Source: Fibrobacteria bacterium
GTDB lineage: Bacteria; Fibrobacterota; Fibrobacteria; UBA11236
Direction of reading: 5' to 3'
DNA length: 64,000 nt
Assembly (NCBI GenBank): GCA_041746255.1
Contig: JBGTHM010000102.1
Coordinates: forward strand, 28,758 to 92,757
The position numbers and the translations under genes were made by a program. Shown here one piece after another: positions 18,331 through 27,357 of the stretch. Each line of letters opens with the position of its first letter. The first letter of the stretch is position 1. Below the pieces are notes generated by a model. That model searched no databases, had not been told where the DNA came from, and saw nothing but the letters and a program-made list of their open reading frames with translations.

Positions 18331-20607
18331 ATGACTGACTCACCGAATTCCGAATATGCCGTACGCACCCTCATGGAAAGGGTGGCTGTGCTGGAAGCCC
18401 GATGCGCGGAGCGTGAGGAGACCCTGAAGAGTCTGGGCAGTTTGACCGAAGGACGGGAATTGGAACTCAACCGTCTTAAGCTTCTATTCGACAATATTCC
18501 CGACGCCATCCACTTCAAAGACAAGGAAGGCCGTTACACCTGGGTAAACAAGGCCAAGGCGGATTCCATGGGGCTTAAAGACAGATCCGAGGCGATAGGC
18601 AAGACCATGTTCGAAACGTATTCGGCGCAATTCTCCTGGGAGGTTCTGGCGGAAGAGCAGAAACTGATGACGACTCAGGTTCCCATCATCGATAAAATCG
18701 AAAGGATAACCCGGAAAGATGGTGAGGTACGGTGGCATCAGGTGACCAAAATCGCCCTGCTCGACTCGGAGGGTCAGGTAGTGGGAACCGCTGGAGTCAT
18801 GCGGAATATCACCGAACGCAAGCAGATGGAGGACGAACTGTTCAAAGCAAGTATGCTATTGAATACTTTCCTCGATCAGGTTCCAGATGCGGTGTATTTC
18901 AAAGATGTGGAATGCCGTTTCATTCGAGTCAGCCGCAGTATCCACCTTGAGGGAATGAAAAACAAAGAGGAGGCCATAGGTAAGACCGATTTCGACTATT
19001 TCACGGAGGAGCATGCGCGCCAGGCTTATATAGACGAGCAGGAAATTATCCGAACCGGCGTTCCCATAATCGATAAAATTGAAAAGGAGACCTACCGCAA
19101 TAAGGAAGAGACCTGGGTTTCCACCACCAAGGTCCCCTACTACGATGCGGAAGGAAAGGTGGCCGGCATCATAGGCATATCCCGCGATGTTACCGAGCGA
19201 TTCCGGGCGCAGGAAGCCATACGGATGGCCAAGGAAGAATTGGAAATCCGGGTGCAGGAGCGCACGGCTGCGTTGGTGCAGGAAATTCGTGAGCATCTCA
19301 AAATGCAGAAGGCGCTCAGGGACAGCGAAGGAATGTTGCAGGACTCGAACGTTCGGCTGGAAACGCGCCTGTCGCAATTGAAATATTTGAACGCGACGGC
19401 GCATCAGCTTTCGCAATTCACCAGCAGGAAGGACTTGCTGCCCGCCATTCTCAGATCTTTTACTCAATGTTATCCGGGTCTCGAAATGGTCCTATGCGAA
19501 GGCTCTAACGGAGAGTTGCGCTGCACGGCGGCGACTCCGGGTCTGGATAATCCAGTCGCCAGGGCCGCCTGCGAAAAGGCTCTCTCCGCAGGATACGATT
19601 CCCTGGACGCCAGGCTCGTAGTCGACCGAAGGCTGGACCCGACGTTGGCCGGCCTGAATATCAAGGGTTTTGAGCATTTGACCGTGCATTTGGCGCTCCC
19701 GTTGGTCATGAAGAACAGGCGGATTGCCGTGGCGCAAATATTAGCCGCCAAAGAATTCGCGGAATGGTTTCCCCTGGAGCAGGAAATGATCGATACGCTG
19801 GCCGCGCAATCCGCTATCAGTCTGGACAACGCCAACAATTTCGAAGAATTGGAGAAGCGGGCCCGGGTGCAATCCGAACTCGACGTGGCCCAGCGCATCC
19901 AACGGCGCTTCACTCCGCAAGACCGGGTATCCATTCCCCGCCTCCAGGTTAAAGGTGTGTACCACCCTGCTTATGAAGTCGGCGGGGACTACCTGGATTA
20001 TTTCGAAACCAAATCCGGAAGTTGGGTGATTGTAATCGCAGACGTAAGCGGAAAAGGAATACCCGCGGCGTTGGTGATGACGATGTTGCGAAGTACCTTC
20101 CGGGCCGAGGCACGCTACGAGACTTCGGCCAAAAAACTGCTTTGCGCCGTGAACGACATGATGAGCCAGGATTTGGACGAAAAATCCTTCGTGACGGCCC
20201 TGTGCCTTATCGTCGACAAGGATGGACGTTCCATGACATACGCCCGCGTCGGCCACCCGCCTTTGGTGATTCGGCGTAAGAGCGTGGAGTCGCCGGAAAC
20301 CATCACTCCCAAGGGAATCGGACTGGGAATGGTGGATGCCGAAACGTTCACGCGTACCATTGAGGAAGTGCATATCGATTTGACCGAAGGCGACCGCTTT
20401 CTCATCTTCACCGACGGTCTCACGGAAGCGCGCGATTCAAACAAGGAGTCCTACGGAATGGAACGGGTTATGGGCCAATTATCGGGAGGAGAGCGCCTGG
20501 GTCCCGAAAAGGCCCTGAATAGACTTCTCAAAGACGTTGAGGCCTTTATCGGCAATGAACCTTATCATGATGATTTGACCATTTTGGCGATGGAAGTCAT
20601 CGGATAG
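18331..20607 (+). CDS. Multi-PAS / GAF sensor fused to a PP2C-type (SpoIIE/RsbU-like) serine phosphatase
   Basis: Three PAS-like modules, each ending ...RDVTERK / RNITERK, are followed by a GAF-like region and a C-terminal PP2C domain (GGDYLDYFE...VIADVSGKGIPAALVMTM...FTDGLTEARD). Confidence 0.8.
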   Translation: MTDSPNSEYAVRTLMERVAVLEARCAEREETLKSLGSLTEGRELELNRLKLLFDNIPDAIHFKDKEGRYTWVNKAKADSMGLKDRSEAIGKTMFETYSAQFSWEVLAEEQKLMTTQVPIIDKIERITRKDGEVRWHQVTKIALLDSEGQVVGTAGVMRNITERKQMEDELFKASMLLNTFLDQVPDAVYFKDVECRFIRVSRSIHLEGMKNKEEAIGKTDFDYFTEEHARQAYIDEQEIIRTGVPIIDKIEKETYRNKEETWVSTTKVPYYDAEGKVAGIIGISRDVTERFRAQEAIRMAKEELEIRVQERTAALVQEIREHLKMQKALRDSEGMLQDSNVRLETRLSQLKYLNATAHQLSQFTSRKDLLPAILRSFTQCYPGLEMVLCEGSNGELRCTAATPGLDNPVARAACEKALSAGYDSLDARLVVDRRLDPTLAGLNIKGFEHLTVHLALPLVMKNRRIAVAQILAAKEFAEWFPLEQEMIDTLAAQSAISLDNANNFEELEKRARVQSELDVAQRIQRRFTPQDRVSIPRLQVKGVYHPAYEVGGDYLDYFETKSGSWVIVIADVSGKGIPAALVMTMLRSTFRAEARYETSAKKLLCAVNDMMSQDLDEKSFVTALCLIVDKDGRSMTYARVGHPPLVIRRKSVESPETITPKGIGLGMVDAETFTRTIEEVHIDLTEGDRFLIFTDGLTEARDSNKESYGMERVMGQLSGGERLGPEKALNRLLKDVEAFIGNEPYHDDLTILAMEVIG

Positions 20608-20727
20608 GTTTTTTTCAGCCGTTACTTGGGTGTACCCATAATACCTCAATAACGGTGTTTTTTCCCTGAAACGGTTTATCCCCCATTAATTAGGCGAAAA
20701 ATAGAGTAACGCGCTATACTCAATAGC

Positions 20728-22329
20728 ATGCGAACCTTGATTCTTCTTATCCTGCTTTTTTCCGTCATCGGCGGGAAACAATCCTACGCCCAAACCCAGC
20801 CGCTTCCGAATTTTATGCTCATTGTCGCCGACGACATGGGACCGCAATTGGAAAAGTATGGCCACCCCGGCGCGCGGACTCCAACTCTGGACTCCCTCGC
20901 CAATCAGGGAGTGTTGTTCCGAAACGCGCAGGCGCCGGGGTCCACCTGCTCGGTCGCGCGCGCGTCGATCATGACCGGCACCCATCCCCATACCCATAAT
21001 GTGCGCATTAACGTGCATGAATACATGGGTCCGAAACCGAATTTCAGCAGCAATGAATTGAATTTGATGCAATCGCAGGCCCTTCCCGATTCCCTGGCTA
21101 CCTTGGTGGAGCTTCTGGTCAAGGCGGGCTATCGTACCGGACTTACCAAGAAATTCCATACCGCTTCCCATGACCGGTATCCCTATCACGAGTGGCTGAA
21201 AGGGGACGAAACTTCCGAGGTAAAAGCCTTTATCCAACGTGCCGGAGCTAAGCCCTGGTTCTTGATGGTGAATGTCAGTTCGCCCCATCGTCCCTTTCGC
21301 CTATTCCAAAGTGTAGGCCCGACGCCAAACGAATCCGTATTCAAACTTCCCGGTCACTTTCCGAATACTCCGGTGATTAAAAAAGATTGGACTGAATACC
21401 TGAAAGCCATCCAACGTACCGATGCCGAAGTGGGAATAGCCGTGAATTCCGTGCGCCAATTGAACCAGGCGAACAAAACCGTGATTATTTTCGTGGGCGA
21501 TCATGGTCCGCCCTACCATCGCGGGAAATACTCTACTTATGGATTCGGAGTGAACATACCTTTCATCGTTTCGGGGCCACCTGATTTGGTGAAGAAAAAT
21601 CCGCAAGGCGCGACTTCTTTGGTTAGCCTAGTCGATATCATGCCGACTTTACTGGATTATGCGGGTATTGCTAAACCGCGCGGCGTCCAGGGAGTTTCGT
21701 TGAGGCCATTATTGCTGGGAACTGCGGGGGCCAAAACCCATGATTATTTGTTTTCCGAGGTCCATCATGGCGGCGGGAGCCCGGGCTCTGCTTTGCAAGA
21801 GCGTTCGATTTTTGATGGCCGCTTCCGTTTGATCTTCCGGGATCATTTGCAGAAGCGCTATATCGTTCCGGGGGATAACCGCGAGGTCAGTCCTTGGGGT
21901 AACCCGGTTTATGCCGAAATCATCAAACGCAAAGGCGAATTCCCCGCTCAATATGCCATGCTGGCGCAACGGGATTCCGATTTGGAGGGGAACGCTCCCA
22001 TGGCGGAGTTCTACGACACCTCCACCGACCCGTGGGAAGTAAAAGATTTATGGAATTCCCAAAACCATAATGAGGATAAAAACCGGCTGATTCGGGCCTT
22101 GGCGGATTGGGGCCGGGAAACGGGAGACAGGTATCTCGACTATGCAAAGCTGGGAGGGACCATTTCCATTCATTCCCCAAAAACTTTCCCTGGATCGGAA
22201 GCGCTGAACGGCCGAACCACCAGCGGATTCGGTATCACTCCGCTGTTTGAATACCAGTCCGAGGACGGAAGTTTACAATTCCGCGATTCCCAGGGCCGTA
22301 GCCGGATTCCGGCGCTCTTGCCTCAGTAA
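20728..22329 (+). CDS. Sulfatase family protein, paralog 1, secreted
   Basis: Signal peptide followed by LIVADDMGPQLEKYGHPGARTPTLDSLA. The formylglycine motif is the CxAxR variant (CSVARASIMTG). The metal-binding GDHG is also present. Confidence 0.8.
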   Translation: MRTLILLILLFSVIGGKQSYAQTQPLPNFMLIVADDMGPQLEKYGHPGARTPTLDSLANQGVLFRNAQAPGSTCSVARASIMTGTHPHTHNVRINVHEYMGPKPNFSSNELNLMQSQALPDSLATLVELLVKAGYRTGLTKKFHTASHDRYPYHEWLKGDETSEVKAFIQRAGAKPWFLMVNVSSPHRPFRLFQSVGPTPNESVFKLPGHFPNTPVIKKDWTEYLKAIQRTDAEVGIAVNSVRQLNQANKTVIIFVGDHGPPYHRGKYSTYGFGVNIPFIVSGPPDLVKKNPQGATSLVSLVDIMPTLLDYAGIAKPRGVQGVSLRPLLLGTAGAKTHDYLFSEVHHGGGSPGSALQERSIFDGRFRLIFRDHLQKRYIVPGDNREVSPWGNPVYAEIIKRKGEFPAQYAMLAQRDSDLEGNAPMAEFYDTSTDPWEVKDLWNSQNHNEDKNRLIRALADWGRETGDRYLDYAKLGGTISIHSPKTFPGSEALNGRTTSGFGITPLFEYQSEDGSLQFRDSQGRSRIPALLPQ

Positions 22330-22340
22330 GGACCTCCATA

Positions 22341-22428
22341 CGATTGAATGCGGATACCGCCCACGAGCTGGGAGATGCCCGCAATGCTCGGAAAGGCAGG
22401 TTGTTGATGCGAATGGTATTGCGCTATA
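22341..22428 (-). pseudogene. Remnant of about 85 bp of a MacB/FtsX-type permease gene between the sulfatase paralogs
   Basis: Positions 22351..22392 are about 88% identical to 24441..24478. Positions 22392..22428 are about 87% identical to 24778..24812 of the intact permease gene, in the same orientation. The minus-strand translation NTIRINNLPFRAL matches the intact protein's KTIRINNLPFRVI. In the intact gene the two segments lie 300 bp apart and are flanked by the 8-bp direct repeat ctcgaaag. Confidence 0.55.
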
Positions 22429-22437
22429 TTCAATGGT

Positions 22438-24039
22438 ATGCGATCCTTAATACTTCCTATACTGCTTTTTTCCGTCATCGGCGGTAAACTATCCTTCGCC
22501 CAACCTCAGCCGCTTCCGAATATATTGCTCATTGTCGCCGACGATATGGGACCGCAACTGGAAAAGTACGGTCATCCCGGTCCGCGCACTCCCACCTTGG
22601 ATAGCCTCGCCAATGAGGGAGTATTATTCCGAAATGCCCAGGCGCCAGGGTCTACCTGCTCAGTTGCGCGCGCGTCGATAATGACCGGCACCCATCCGCA
22701 TACCCATAATGTGCGCATCAACGTGCTGGAGCACATGGGTCCGAAACCGAATTTCAGCGGCAACGAATTGGATTTAATGAATTCGCAGGCCCTTCCCGAT
22801 TCTTTGTCGACATTGGTGGAACTACTGGTCCAGGCAGGCTATATAACCGGAATTACCAAGAAATTCCATACCGCTTCCCATGATAAATACCCGTTTCACG
22901 AATGGATGAACGAAGGGGAGACCTCCCCGGCGCATTCTTTTATCCAGCGCGCGGGAGACAAACCCTGGTTCTTGATGGTCAATATCAGTTCGCCCCATCG
23001 GCCATTTTTTAAGTACCAAACGGTAGGCCCGACGCCTGACGAAGCGGTTATCAAACTCCCCGGCCACCTACCCTCCACTCCCACGATCAGGAAGGATTGG
23101 ATTGAATACCTGAAAGCCATTCAACGTACCGATGCTGAGGTGGAAAGGGTCGTCAGTTCCATACACCAATTGAATCGTGCGGGCAAAACCGTCATTATTT
23201 TCGTAGGCGATCATGGTCCAGCCTACCATCGGGGGAAATTCTCGACCTATGGATTCGGCGCGAACATACCCTTCATCGTCACGGGACCACCCGATTTAGT
23301 CAAGAGGAACCCGCAAGGGTCGGATGCTTTAGTCAGCTTGATAGATATTATGCCAACCTTACTGGATTATGCCGGTATCGGTAAACCCCGCGCCATACAG
23401 GGAGTCTCCCTGAGGCCATTATTGCTGGGAAATGCGGAGGCCAAAACCCATGATTATTTATTTTCCGAGGTTCATCACGGCGGCGGCAGTCCGGGCTCTG
23501 CTTTGCAGGAGCGTTCGATTTTCGATGGCCGCTTCCGCTTGATCTACCGGGACCATATGCAGTGGCGCTATATCGTTCCGGGGGATAATCGCGAGGTAAA
23601 TCTTTGGGAAAACCCGGTTTATGCCGAAATTATCCAGCGCAAAAGCGAGTTCCCTATTCAATACTCCATGCTGGCGCAAAGGGATTCCAATTTGGAGGGA
23701 GATGCTCCCATGGCGGAGTTCTATGACACTTCCACCGATCCGTGGGAAGTAAACGATCTTTGGAAGTCTCAAAACCAAACGGAAGATAAAAATCGGCTGA
23801 TTCTGGCTTTGGTGGATTGGGCCCGCGAAACAGGTGATACGTATCTCGACTATACAAAGATAGAGAAAACCGTTTCCATCCATTCCCGAAAAACAACCAC
23901 CGGAGGGGGAGAGTTGAACGGCCGAACCCCCATTGGGTTCGGTACTACTCCGCTGTTTGACTACCAGCCCAAGGATGGAAGTTTACAATTCCGCGATTCC
24001 CGGGGACGTAGCTGGATTCCGGCGCTATTGCCCCAGTAA
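22438..24039 (+). CDS. Sulfatase family protein, paralog 2, a tandem duplicate of 20728..22329
   Basis: Same length (533 aa) and about 80% identical to paralog 1 across the whole protein. The roughly 20 bp upstream of the start are also shared (cgctatattcaatggtatg versus cgctatactcaatagcatg). Confidence 0.8.
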   Translation: MRSLILPILLFSVIGGKLSFAQPQPLPNILLIVADDMGPQLEKYGHPGPRTPTLDSLANEGVLFRNAQAPGSTCSVARASIMTGTHPHTHNVRINVLEHMGPKPNFSGNELDLMNSQALPDSLSTLVELLVQAGYITGITKKFHTASHDKYPFHEWMNEGETSPAHSFIQRAGDKPWFLMVNISSPHRPFFKYQTVGPTPDEAVIKLPGHLPSTPTIRKDWIEYLKAIQRTDAEVERVVSSIHQLNRAGKTVIIFVGDHGPAYHRGKFSTYGFGANIPFIVTGPPDLVKRNPQGSDALVSLIDIMPTLLDYAGIGKPRAIQGVSLRPLLLGNAEAKTHDYLFSEVHHGGGSPGSALQERSIFDGRFRLIYRDHMQWRYIVPGDNREVNLWENPVYAEIIQRKSEFPIQYSMLAQRDSNLEGDAPMAEFYDTSTDPWEVNDLWKSQNQTEDKNRLILALVDWARETGDTYLDYTKIEKTVSIHSRKTTTGGGELNGRTPIGFGTTPLFDYQPKDGSLQFRDSRGRSWIPALLPQ

Positions 24040-24109
24040 CTCCGCAAAAGGCTCTCTGTCCCCGGGTTTGGACCGACATTCCTTTGGGGCCTTGATAGCG
24101 TCTTAGGGC

Positions 24110-25330
24110 TTATTCAAACCGCAGCGCATCGATGGGATTCAGGCGCGAGGCCTTGCCCGCCGGATACCAGCCAAAAAAAACACCGGTGGCGAAGGAAAAT
24201 CCGAAGGCCATCAGAATAGACGCGGTGGAGACTTCCACGGCCCAGCCCTGTGCGGATGCCAGGAATTGCGAGGCACCCACTCCCAAAGAAATGCCGAGTA
24301 TGCCTCCCAAGAGGCTGATGGCTACCGCCTCCACCAGGAATTGCAAGCGGATGTCGCGGCCCCGGGCGCCCAGCGCCAGGCGGATGCCGATTTCACGCGT
24401 TCTTTCCGTAACGGAAACCAACATGATGTTCATGATGCCGATGCCGCCCACCAGCAGGGAGATTCCCGCAATGCTCGAAAGCAGTAAAGCCAATGTCCGG
24501 GAGGTCGAGGTGGCCGCCTCGGTGATTTCGGTTTGGGTACGGATATTGAAGTCCGATTCTTGATTCGCGGCAATGCGTAGGCGTCGTCGCAGTATGGATT
24601 CGATTTGCGCCGATGCTTCCGGGATGGCCTCCTCCGATATGGCTGAGGCGAAGAGGCTTTCCACATAGGTGGTGCCGAGCATTTTCTTCTGGACGGTGGA
24701 GAAAGGCGCCAAGACGATATCGTCCTGATCCTGGCCGAAGGAGCTTTGGCCTTTGGATTCCAGCACACCGATGACTCGAAAGGGCAGATTGTTGATACGA
24801 ATGGTCTTGCCGATGGGATCCACTCCCTCCTCGAAAAGCCCGGCCGCGACGGTCGAGCCCAGGATGCATACCTTGGCTCCCCCGCGTTCTTCCGAAGGGC
24901 CATAGGCCGCGCCCTGGGCCAGGCCCCAATCCCGGATAAACAGGTATTCGGCATATACGCCATGTACCCGGGTTCGCCAATTGCGATTGCCGAATTTGAA
25001 TTGCGCCATGCTGCGCACCACTGGGGTGATATAACGTACCGCCGGTGATTCGGCATAAATGGCGTCGGCCTCGGCCTCGGTGAAGCGGCTTGCCGTGCCG
25101 GCCTCCTGGCGTGCTCCCGAAAGGTTACGCGATCCCGGATAAACGTTTATCACATTGGTGCCAAGACTGGAAATGGCGGCTTCAACCGAGAGGCGCGCTC
25201 CGGTACCCACGGCCATCATGGTGATGACGGCCGCCACTCCGATGATAATGCCCAACATGGTCAGAAAGGTGCGTAGCTTGTTTCGCGAAAGGGAGAGGAA
25301 GGCGATTTTAAGCAGTATGGTGGTCCGCAT
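24110..25330 (-). CDS. ABC transporter permease, MacB/FtsX family
   Basis: N-terminal TM segment (LRTFLTMLGIIIGVAAVITMMAVG), a large periplasmic domain, and a C-terminal FtsX-type TM bundle. Confidence 0.85.
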   Translation of the reverse strand: MRTTILLKIAFLSLSRNKLRTFLTMLGIIIGVAAVITMMAVGTGARLSVEAAISSLGTNVINVYPGSRNLSGARQEAGTASRFTEAEADAIYAESPAVRYITPVVRSMAQFKFGNRNWRTRVHGVYAEYLFIRDWGLAQGAAYGPSEERGGAKVCILGSTVAAGLFEEGVDPIGKTIRINNLPFRVIGVLESKGQSSFGQDQDDIVLAPFSTVQKKMLGTTYVESLFASAISEEAIPEASAQIESILRRRLRIAANQESDFNIRTQTEITEAATSTSRTLALLLSSIAGISLLVGGIGIMNIMLVSVTERTREIGIRLALGARGRDIRLQFLVEAVAISLLGGILGISLGVGASQFLASAQGWAVEVSTASILMAFGFSFATGVFFGWYPAGKASRLNPIDALRFE

Positions 25331-25332
25331 GT

Positions 25333-26079
25333 TCAGGTCTCCCCGATGTCGGTGAGAAATTGGGTTAATTCCGTCTGGGCCGAATGGGGGTGCGGATTTA
25401 GGGTATCCGATACGATGGATCCGTCGCGCACTACCACTTGGCGTCCGGTGAAGGCAGCGATATCCGGTTCATGGGTGACCAGTACCAGGGTAATGCCTTG
25501 GGCGTTCAGGTTTTGGAACAGGGTCATGATTTCCAGACTGGTACGGGTGTCCAGGTTACCCGTGGGCTCGTCCGCGAGAATGATGACCGGGTCGTTGACC
25601 AGAGAGCGCGCCACGGCCACCCGCTGCTGCTGGCCCCCCGACAATTGGTTGGGATGGTGGTGCATGCGATCGGCCAACCCCACGGATTGCAAGGCTTGCA
25701 CGGCCCGTTCCCGGATTTTAGCCGCCGGCACATCCTTGCGGTAGAGCAAGGGTAACTCTACGTTTTCCAACGCCGATGTACGTGAGAGAAGGTTGAAGGA
25801 TTGAAAGACGAATCCCAGTTTACGGTTGCGTACCTCAGCCAAATCGTCGGGCTTGAGGCTTTGGACTTCCTTGCCGTCAAGCCGATAGGATCCTTCCGTA
25901 GGGGCATCCAGGCAGCCGAGAATATTCATGAGGGTGGATTTTCCCGATCCGCTCGGACCGCTGACGGCGACGAATTCACCACGTTGGATGTCGAGATCCA
26001 CCCCACGCAAGGCTTTCAAGGTCACCTCGCCCATTTGGTAAATCTTGGTCAAGTTCCGTACCGAAACGATGGAATCCAT
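25333..26079 (-). CDS. ABC transporter ATP-binding protein, MacB/LolD-like
   Basis: Walker A GPSGSGKST, signature LSGGQQQRVAVARSL and Walker B ILADEPTGNLD. Confidence 0.9.
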   Translation of the reverse strand: MDSIVSVRNLTKIYQMGEVTLKALRGVDLDIQRGEFVAVSGPSGSGKSTLMNILGCLDAPTEGSYRLDGKEVQSLKPDDLAEVRNRKLGFVFQSFNLLSRTSALENVELPLLYRKDVPAAKIRERAVQALQSVGLADRMHHHPNQLSGGQQQRVAVARSLVNDPVIILADEPTGNLDTRTSLEIMTLFQNLNAQGITLVLVTHEPDIAAFTGRQVVVRDGSIVSDTLNPHPHSAQTELTQFLTDIGET

Positions 26080-26084
26080 AGCGA

Positions 26085-27329
26085 TTAACGCCTCCGCCGG
26101 GGCTGCATGCCAAAAGGGCTGGACGGCTGTCCGCCGGGTCTTGTTCCCTCCGCTTCCATGCCCGTAACTGCCAGGTCACCGGCTTGCAATTCTCCCCGGA
26201 CTTCGTTGCGAATCCCGTCGCTCAGGCCCACCCGCACGCGAACCGCCACGGGATTTCCATCCTTCAACAAAAAGACGCGTCCGGACGCCTCTCTGGCCCC
26301 GGCCTCTCCGTCCGAGGTTCGCCCATCCCTTCCCCCACCTGCCCGTCCTCCGCCGTCGCGGCGTTCGCCTGCTGGAGTCGAAGGCCGGCGCTCCCCGCCG
26401 TTATTGGACTTTTCCGTTACGGGGGGCCGAAAGCTGAGTGCCGCGGCGGGAACCACCAGCACGTTCTCGCGTCTATCGACGATAATGGCAAGATTCGCCG
26501 TCATGCCGGGCATGAGTCTTCTTTCGGGATTCGGTACGCGTATGACAACGTCGTAAGTGACCACGTTCTGTTCGACGAGGGGTTGCAGGCGCACCTGTTC
26601 CACCACTCCGGTGAAGGTTTCTTCGGGATAGGCGTCCACGCTGAAGGTCGCGGACTGGTCTTTTTGGATTTTTCCGATGTCGGCTTCGTCTACCGCCGCT
26701 TTCACCTGCATTTCACGCAGGTCTCCAGCCAGTATGAAGAGAGTAGGCGCGCTGAAGCTGGCGGCTACGGTCTGGCCTACGTCCACCGCGCGCGAGAGCA
26801 CGATGCCGTCGATGGGCGATGTGATGGTGGCGTAGCGGAGATTGATGCGGGAGCGGTCTACCTGGGCGCGGGCGGAGTTGGAATTGGCTTCGGCGACGCG
26901 GGCCTGCGCTTTGGCCCGGTCCAGCTCAGCTTGCGACATCAAGTCCTTGTCGAACAAGGCCTTGGTCCGTTTCAATTCCTCGTCAGCCTGGAAAGCCTGG
27001 GCTTCGGCGCGAGCCATGTTGGACAAAGCGTCTTGCAGGGCGGCGCTTAAAAGCGTGCTGTCGAGTCGGGCGATTACCTGGCCTTTTTTCACTTCGGAAT
27101 TGAAATCGGCGTATAAAGCGGCGATGGTTCCCGAAACCTGCGTGCCCACCAATACCGTGGTAAGCGCTTCGAGTTTGCCGGTGGCGGTAACCGATTTTTC
27201 CACGGATCCCAAGGTAACGGCGGCGGTACGCCAGGCGATATCCGGTTTTTTCTTGAAACCGAAATGAAAGGCGCCATACCCTAGGATGCCTAACAAGGCG
27301 AGAACCAGCGTGATTTTAGTTTTAGTCAT
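26085..27329 (-). CDS. Efflux periplasmic adaptor (HlyD/MacA family membrane fusion protein)
   Basis: N-terminal TM anchor, coiled-coil hairpin region and beta-barrel/lipoyl-like segments. A Gly/Arg/Asp-rich low-complexity insert lies near the C-terminus. Confidence 0.8.
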   Translation of the reverse strand: MTKTKITLVLALLGILGYGAFHFGFKKKPDIAWRTAAVTLGSVEKSVTATGKLEALTTVLVGTQVSGTIAALYADFNSEVKKGQVIARLDSTLLSAALQDALSNMARAEAQAFQADEELKRTKALFDKDLMSQAELDRAKAQARVAEANSNSARAQVDRSRINLRYATITSPIDGIVLSRAVDVGQTVAASFSAPTLFILAGDLREMQVKAAVDEADIGKIQKDQSATFSVDAYPEETFTGVVEQVRLQPLVEQNVVTYDVVIRVPNPERRLMPGMTANLAIIVDRRENVLVVPAAALSFRPPVTEKSNNGGERRPSTPAGERRDGGGRAGGGRDGRTSDGEAGAREASGRVFLLKDGNPVAVRVRVGLSDGIRNEVRGELQAGDLAVTGMEAEGTRPGGQPSSPFGMQPRRRR

Positions 27330-27357
27330 AAGCTTGTCCCTCTAATCCGAAAGCATG

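Noticed and set aside
20588-20615. Possible terminator after the PAS-PP2C gene (cgatg-gaagt-catcg, then a T7 run)
   Set aside because: The stem is only 5 bp and AT/GC-mixed, it overlaps the stop codon, and the T-run starts 6 nt after the stem. It is too weak to call.
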